Shown here one piece after another: positions 59,398 through 64,000 of a stretch of 64,000 nucleotides of DNA. The number at the start of each line of letters is the position of its first letter. The first letter of the stretch is position 1. The DNA is from Oceanispirochaeta sp. (lineage in GTDB: Bacteria; Spirochaetota; Spirochaetia; DSM-2461): contig CAXXXD010000003.1 in NCBI GenBank assembly GCA_963663385.2, forward strand, positions 736,001 through 800,000, read 5' to 3'. The position numbers were made by a program, and so were the translations under genes. Below the pieces are notes generated by a model. It saw only the letters and a program-made list of their open reading frames with translations. It was not told the DNA's origin and made no database searches.

Positions 59398-61623
59398 CTA
59401 TGAGTAGAGCGACTTGTTTACAGCATCTATCAGCTGATTGATGGTAAAGGGTTTCTGAAGGAAGTGTCCGGGAATCTTTTCGGCTTCAGGAATCAGATCG
59501 CCTGTGTAACCGGATATTATCAGTATTTTCACAACCGGATTAATTTTCAGCGCCTCCCTGCACAGTTCATGCCCCTTCATTTCAGGCATAATTAAATCTG
59601 TCAGCAACAGGGACAACCGGGAAGGATTGTTCTTAAGAATCTCCAGGGCTTCCCTTCCGCTGCCTGCGGAAACAACCGTAAATCCGTATCTCTTCAGAAT
59701 GGTTTCAGTCGAATTCCTGACAGATATGTCATCTTCGACAAGCAGAATGGATTCGGGCTTAATAATGTTGTTGATATCCCTGTGAATTTCACTGCTTTTT
59801 TCCTTTTTCCGGTTTTCCAACTCAATTACAGGGAGAAGAATGGTAAATGTTGAGCCTGTTCCCGGTTCGCTCTGTACGGTAATCAATCCATTATGCTGCT
59901 TGATTATTCCAAAACTGGTCGCCAGGCCCAATCCGGTGCCCAACTCTCCTTTTGTTGAAAAAAAAGGATCAAATATTTTATTCCTGGTTTCCCTGTCCAT
60001 TCCCATGCCATTGTCCGTTATACTGACGGCTGCATAATGGATTTGCTTCAGTTCGCCGGCTGTTGCAATTTGTGCTTCAGTGGGAGAAAGCATTTTTGTC
60101 TGGATAGTCAGTTCACCGCCATCCGGCATGGCATCTCTGGCGTTTATGGTCATATTCATAAGAACCTGTTCTATCTGCCCTTTGTCAACGAAAATATCCT
60201 TCATATCCCGGGCCAGTTTGATGCTGATGCGTATATCCTCCCGGACTGATCCCCGGATCAATTGCTCAAAATCCCGTATTATGGTGTTCAGATTTATTCT
60301 GACAGTATTCTGAGTCTGTTTCCGGCTGAACGTTAAAAGCTGGTTGATCAGTTCAGAAGCTCGTAATGCGGCTTTGTATATTTCCGAAATCGGCATGGCG
60401 TAATCGGATTCGTTCAACCTGTTTCTCAGAAGATCGCTGAATCCCAGAACAGGTGTCATCAGATTATTCAGGTCGTGAGCGATACCTCCGGTAAGCCGTC
60501 CAAGAGATTCCACTTTCTGAATATGGTAATACTGTTCCTGAAGAGAGCGTTTTTCCTTTTCCAGAAGCTCCCGCCGGGACACATCACGCATAACTGCAAT
60601 ACAATTGGAAACTGCACTGTTTGCGTGTTTCACGGCTGATATGCTTACATCTTCAAGGATAATATTACCCGTTCTCCCCTTCATTTGAAGACGACCGGTC
60701 CAGTTCTGTCCTGTTCTAATGGCATTCTCTACCTCTTTTACGGGATTCGATTCTATGCTGTCCCAGATTTCCATAAAACTGTGTTCCAGTAACTCACTGT
60801 CCTTTATTCCCGTAAGTTCTGTAAAAATCGGGTTTGAAAACTGTATTATTCCCAGGTCGTTCATAACAATAATGGAGTCATTGCTCTGGTTGATTGCAGA
60901 AATCATCCGGTTCTTTTCCAGCTGATCTTCTATGAGCCGGATACTCATTGTATTCAGGGCTTCCTCAAGGAAATCAAATTCATCGGGTCTGAAAAAACCG
61001 GCAGTTTTGCGGTCCAGTTTAATACTGTGACTCAGCTGATCGGGTTTAAAGGAATTGGTAAACTGGGCAATTTTCGAAAGATGCCTTGTGATCATCCGGT
61101 GCGTAATCAGGTAGATTACAAAAGAGATCATCATTATCAGGGCAATCCGTTCTACAAGCAGAGGCATGATCCTGTTTTTCATCTCCATAAAATAGGATTC
61201 CAGATTTAAATAAACCTTTAAGGTTCCCAGTTTAAATGTTTCAGAGTCTTCTATATCAAACAGAAGAGGGTATTCTGCACTGAATGACCGATCGGCAGAA
61301 GGATTGCCCGATTCGAACAGGGTAATCTCTTCACCTTTTACTTCTTCCAGAACAATATAGACTACCGAGTCCAAATGCAGTAAACCATTGATCTGTACTT
61401 TCAGAAGCTCTTCGTTGAAGTGAAATACACTGTTTGATATGGAATCCAGATAACTGTTCTGTATGATCCTTTTTGTGCTCTCAACATTGGCCAATCCTCT
61501 GTTGTATTCAATGGCAAGCTGAATTGTGGAGCTTATAAGGGAAAACACCAGTCCTGTTATGATGATGTAAATGGTCAGCTTTAGTGATAACAGATTAAAT
61601 CTGGATCTGTTCTGCCGGTTCAA
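59398..61623 (-). CDS. Hybrid sensor histidine kinase (TM, PAS, HisKA, HATPase, receiver)
   Basis: GGIAHDLNN, NARDAM, GTGLGL, LLVEDD...TDLIMP...KPF. Confidence 0.93.
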   Translation of the reverse strand: MNRQNRSRFNLLSLKLTIYIIITGLVFSLISSTIQLAIEYNRGLANVESTKRIIQNSYLDSISNSVFHFNEELLKVQINGLLHLDSVVYIVLEEVKGEEITLFESGNPSADRSFSAEYPLLFDIEDSETFKLGTLKVYLNLESYFMEMKNRIMPLLVERIALIMMISFVIYLITHRMITRHLSKIAQFTNSFKPDQLSHSIKLDRKTAGFFRPDEFDFLEEALNTMSIRLIEDQLEKNRMISAINQSNDSIIVMNDLGIIQFSNPIFTELTGIKDSELLEHSFMEIWDSIESNPVKEVENAIRTGQNWTGRLQMKGRTGNIILEDVSISAVKHANSAVSNCIAVMRDVSRRELLEKEKRSLQEQYYHIQKVESLGRLTGGIAHDLNNLMTPVLGFSDLLRNRLNESDYAMPISEIYKAALRASELINQLLTFSRKQTQNTVRINLNTIIRDFEQLIRGSVREDIRISIKLARDMKDIFVDKGQIEQVLMNMTINARDAMPDGGELTIQTKMLSPTEAQIATAGELKQIHYAAVSITDNGMGMDRETRNKIFDPFFSTKGELGTGLGLATSFGIIKQHNGLITVQSEPGTGSTFTILLPVIELENRKKEKSSEIHRDINNIIKPESILLVEDDISVRNSTETILKRYGFTVVSAGSGREALEILKNNPSRLSLLLTDLIMPEMKGHELCREALKINPVVKILIISGYTGDLIPEAEKIPGHFLQKPFTINQLIDAVNKSLYS

Positions 61624-61847
61624 AATGGCTATTACTCCCTTATTGTTTATAACATAAGAATAAAGTTTTAATTGGAGTTATGCAAAATAAAATATTGCAT
61701 CCTGTCTTCAGAATCCATCTTGACACTTAACCGGTGTATAAATATACGGCATATTTGACATGTTTTTTCAGATATTCTATTATTCCCTATCTTAGCAAAT
61801 TATCATTAATTGTTAAAGAATCAAAAATTATCACAAAAGGATGAAAC

Positions 61848-63314
61848 ATGACGATTCTGTATATTCAGTTTGCTTTTTACCTCGTAATGATGCTGGCCAT
61901 CGGTTACATCTCTATGAAGCGGACTAAAACAAACGAAGATTTTATTATTGGAGGGAGGACCATCGGTCCCGTTACATCGGCTATTTCGGCGGGTGCTTCG
62001 GATATGTCCAGCTGGCTGCTCCTGGGGGTTCCCGGTGCTGTTTTTGCGGGAGGACTGTCGGAAGGTGTCTGGATCTGTCTGGGACTGCTTATCGGCGCGT
62101 ATTTCAACTGGCTGATTGTAGCCGGTCGCCTGCGTGTCATGACAGAAAAACTGAATGCCGTAACCCTGCCTTCCTTTATTGCCAAACGGTTTGATGACAA
62201 TACGCATATTCTGAAGTTGGTTTCCACCCTGGTAATCCTCTTTTTCTTTACCCTCTATGTAGCATCCGGTCTGAAGGGGGGGACACTGCTTTTCTCCCAC
62301 ACTTTCGGTGCCAGTGAAATGACCGCTCTGGCTGTTACCACTCTGGTTGTAGTGTCCTACACCTTTCTGGGCGGGTATGTAGCTGTCTGCTGGACAGACC
62401 TGATTCAGGGGATCCTGATGCTGGCGGCACTGACGTTCTGCGCTCTAATCGGCTTTTTCGCTATTGTCGGTACGGGTACGGATATTTCTGCGGCCAATCC
62501 TGCTGCTTTTAAAATATCCCTCAACTGGATTACGGGTATTTCCCTGATGGCCTGGGGGTTCGGGTATTTCGGTCAGCCCCATATCCTGGCCCGTTTTATC
62601 GGAATTGATGATGTAAAATCCGTAAAGAACGCCCGTCGTATCGGAATTTCCTGGATGGCCATCTGTCAGGGACTTGCAATTGCCATAGGTATTATCGGAA
62701 TCGGATATACCGCAATCAATCCTCTGCCCGGTGTGGCCGGACCTGACGGAAACAGTGAAAAAATCTTTCTGGCCATGACCAGCGCCCTTTTTCATCCTGT
62801 ATTCGGCGGTCTGGTTCTTGCAGCCGTATTGGCCGCCGTCATGTCTACCGCGGACTCACAGCTGCTGGTACTGACCTCATCCCTCACGGCTGATATTCCC
62901 GGAATAGCCAAAATGGATGATAAGAAAAAAGAGATGATCAGCCGGATTGGTGTTGCAGCTTTTGCCCTGCTGGCTTTTATCATTTCAGCCACTGATAAAG
63001 GGTCCATTCTGAATATGGTCGGGTATGCCTGGGGCGGTTTCGGCGCAGCCTTCGGTCCGCTTATGATCCTTTCTCTCTGCTGGAAAGGTACAACCAAATG
63101 GGGAGCTCTCGCCGGTATGGTTGTCGGATCCGTGACGATATTTGCCGTTAAAAACTATGTCAGTATGGAAGGGGTGTATATATACGAACTTCTGCCAGGA
63201 TTTATCCTGGCATTTATTACCATTGTTGTTGTCAGTCTGTTTACCCGGAAACCCTCTGAAGAAATTCTGAAGGCGTTTGATGAGACCCGGGAAATTGTTA
63301 AATCAGTTTCGTGA
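61848..63314 (+). CDS. putP: Sodium/proline symporter
   Basis: SAGASDMSSWLL, GYFGQPHILARF, MSTADSQLL, YELLPGF. Confidence 0.92.
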   Translation: MTILYIQFAFYLVMMLAIGYISMKRTKTNEDFIIGGRTIGPVTSAISAGASDMSSWLLLGVPGAVFAGGLSEGVWICLGLLIGAYFNWLIVAGRLRVMTEKLNAVTLPSFIAKRFDDNTHILKLVSTLVILFFFTLYVASGLKGGTLLFSHTFGASEMTALAVTTLVVVSYTFLGGYVAVCWTDLIQGILMLAALTFCALIGFFAIVGTGTDISAANPAAFKISLNWITGISLMAWGFGYFGQPHILARFIGIDDVKSVKNARRIGISWMAICQGLAIAIGIIGIGYTAINPLPGVAGPDGNSEKIFLAMTSALFHPVFGGLVLAAVLAAVMSTADSQLLVLTSSLTADIPGIAKMDDKKKEMISRIGVAAFALLAFIISATDKGSILNMVGYAWGGFGAAFGPLMILSLCWKGTTKWGALAGMVVGSVTIFAVKNYVSMEGVYIYELLPGFILAFITIVVVSLFTRKPSEEILKAFDETREIVKSVS

Positions 63315-63331
63315 TAAGAGGATAGTCTGAT

Positions 63332-63369
63332 AAAAAAGGGAACCTGCAATAAAAGGGTTCCCTTTTTTT
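63332..63369. terminator. Bidirectional rho-independent terminator
   Basis: AAAAAAGGGAACC...GGTTCCCTTTTTTT between convergent genes. Confidence 0.8.
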
Positions 63370-63402
63370 ATATCTGATTCCAGAGAGTGCAGCCAAAGAG
63401 CT

Positions 63403-64000
63403 TCAGTATCTGATGCTGTTTGCAGCAGAATACATCGCCACGATATTCTCCGGCCTGATACCCGATACGATGTTATGTACCTGATTGAATACGAAGCCTC
63501 CGTTTTTCATTAGGATTTCGCAGTTCTTCCGGATCTCATCCTCCACTTCCTGCGGGCTTGCATTGGGCAGCACATGCTGAGTGTCTATGCCGCCTCCCCA
63601 GAATACCAGATCTTTCCCGTATTCATTTTTCAGAAAAAACGGATCCATTCCTTCCGCACCTATCTGAACAGGGTTCAGTATATCAACCCCCGCTTCGATC
63701 AGATCGGGGATGAGAGGGGATATGGCACCGCAGCTATGGAGGAATACCTTGGCATTTGAATTGGCATGAATAAAATCAAACATTTTTTTGTGGTTTCTGA
63801 AAAAGAACTTAACGTACAGTTCGGGACTGATCATAAGTGAGGACTGGGTTCCCAGATCATCTCCCAGCTGGATAATATCAATGGAATCACCCAGAACAGG
63901 AAGTATCTTTCCAAGGTTTTCAAGGTGTATTTCCGTAATTCTGTCAAGTAAATCCTCCATCTCCTTCTCATTGATCATCAGATTTACCAGAAAATCATCT
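63403..64000 (-). CDS. Uroporphyrinogen decarboxylase/MtaA-CmuA family protein (5' end outside window)
   Basis: GDDLGTQ, FLHSCG, LNPVQ, FWGGGIDTQ, VHNI. Confidence 0.85.
   Translation of the reverse strand, partial: DDFLVNLMINEKEMEDLLDRITEIHLENLGKILPVLGDSIDIIQLGDDLGTQSSLMISPELYVKFFFRNHKKMFDFIHANSNAKVFLHSCGAISPLIPDLIEAGVDILNPVQIGAEGMDPFFLKNEYGKDLVFWGGGIDTQHVLPNASPQEVEDEIRKNCEILMKNGGFVFNQVHNIVSGIRPENIVAMYSAANSIRY

Overview
The window has two parts. Bases 1 to ~24,250 are an AT-rich integron-type gene-cassette array (attC sites, cassettes with matching core/inverse-core ends, no integrase inside the window). Its cargo is mostly defence/conflict genes: a HEPN protein, an ORF-less cassette, a PIN-GNAT-ASCH plus ASCH pair, a C5 type II RM pair, a truncated type IIG-like N6-MTase, Fic and a Phd/RelE toxin-antitoxin pair. 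The array has been invaded by three apparently identical IS66 copies, an IS21, an IS1182 whose end sits at attC crossover points, a IIC-attC group II intron and a class D-like group II intron. Bases ~24,250-64,000 are more GC-rich, mostly ordinary chromosome: ABC transporters, a sulfur cluster, hydrolases, gdhA, putP. This part also holds a HEXXH peptidase plus EACC1-like pair and a PEP-synthase-like sensor with a pseudo-receiver regulator upstream of gdhA. Gene content suggests a free-living spirochaete, but that is inference only. All protein-family calls come from motif recognition, not database searches.
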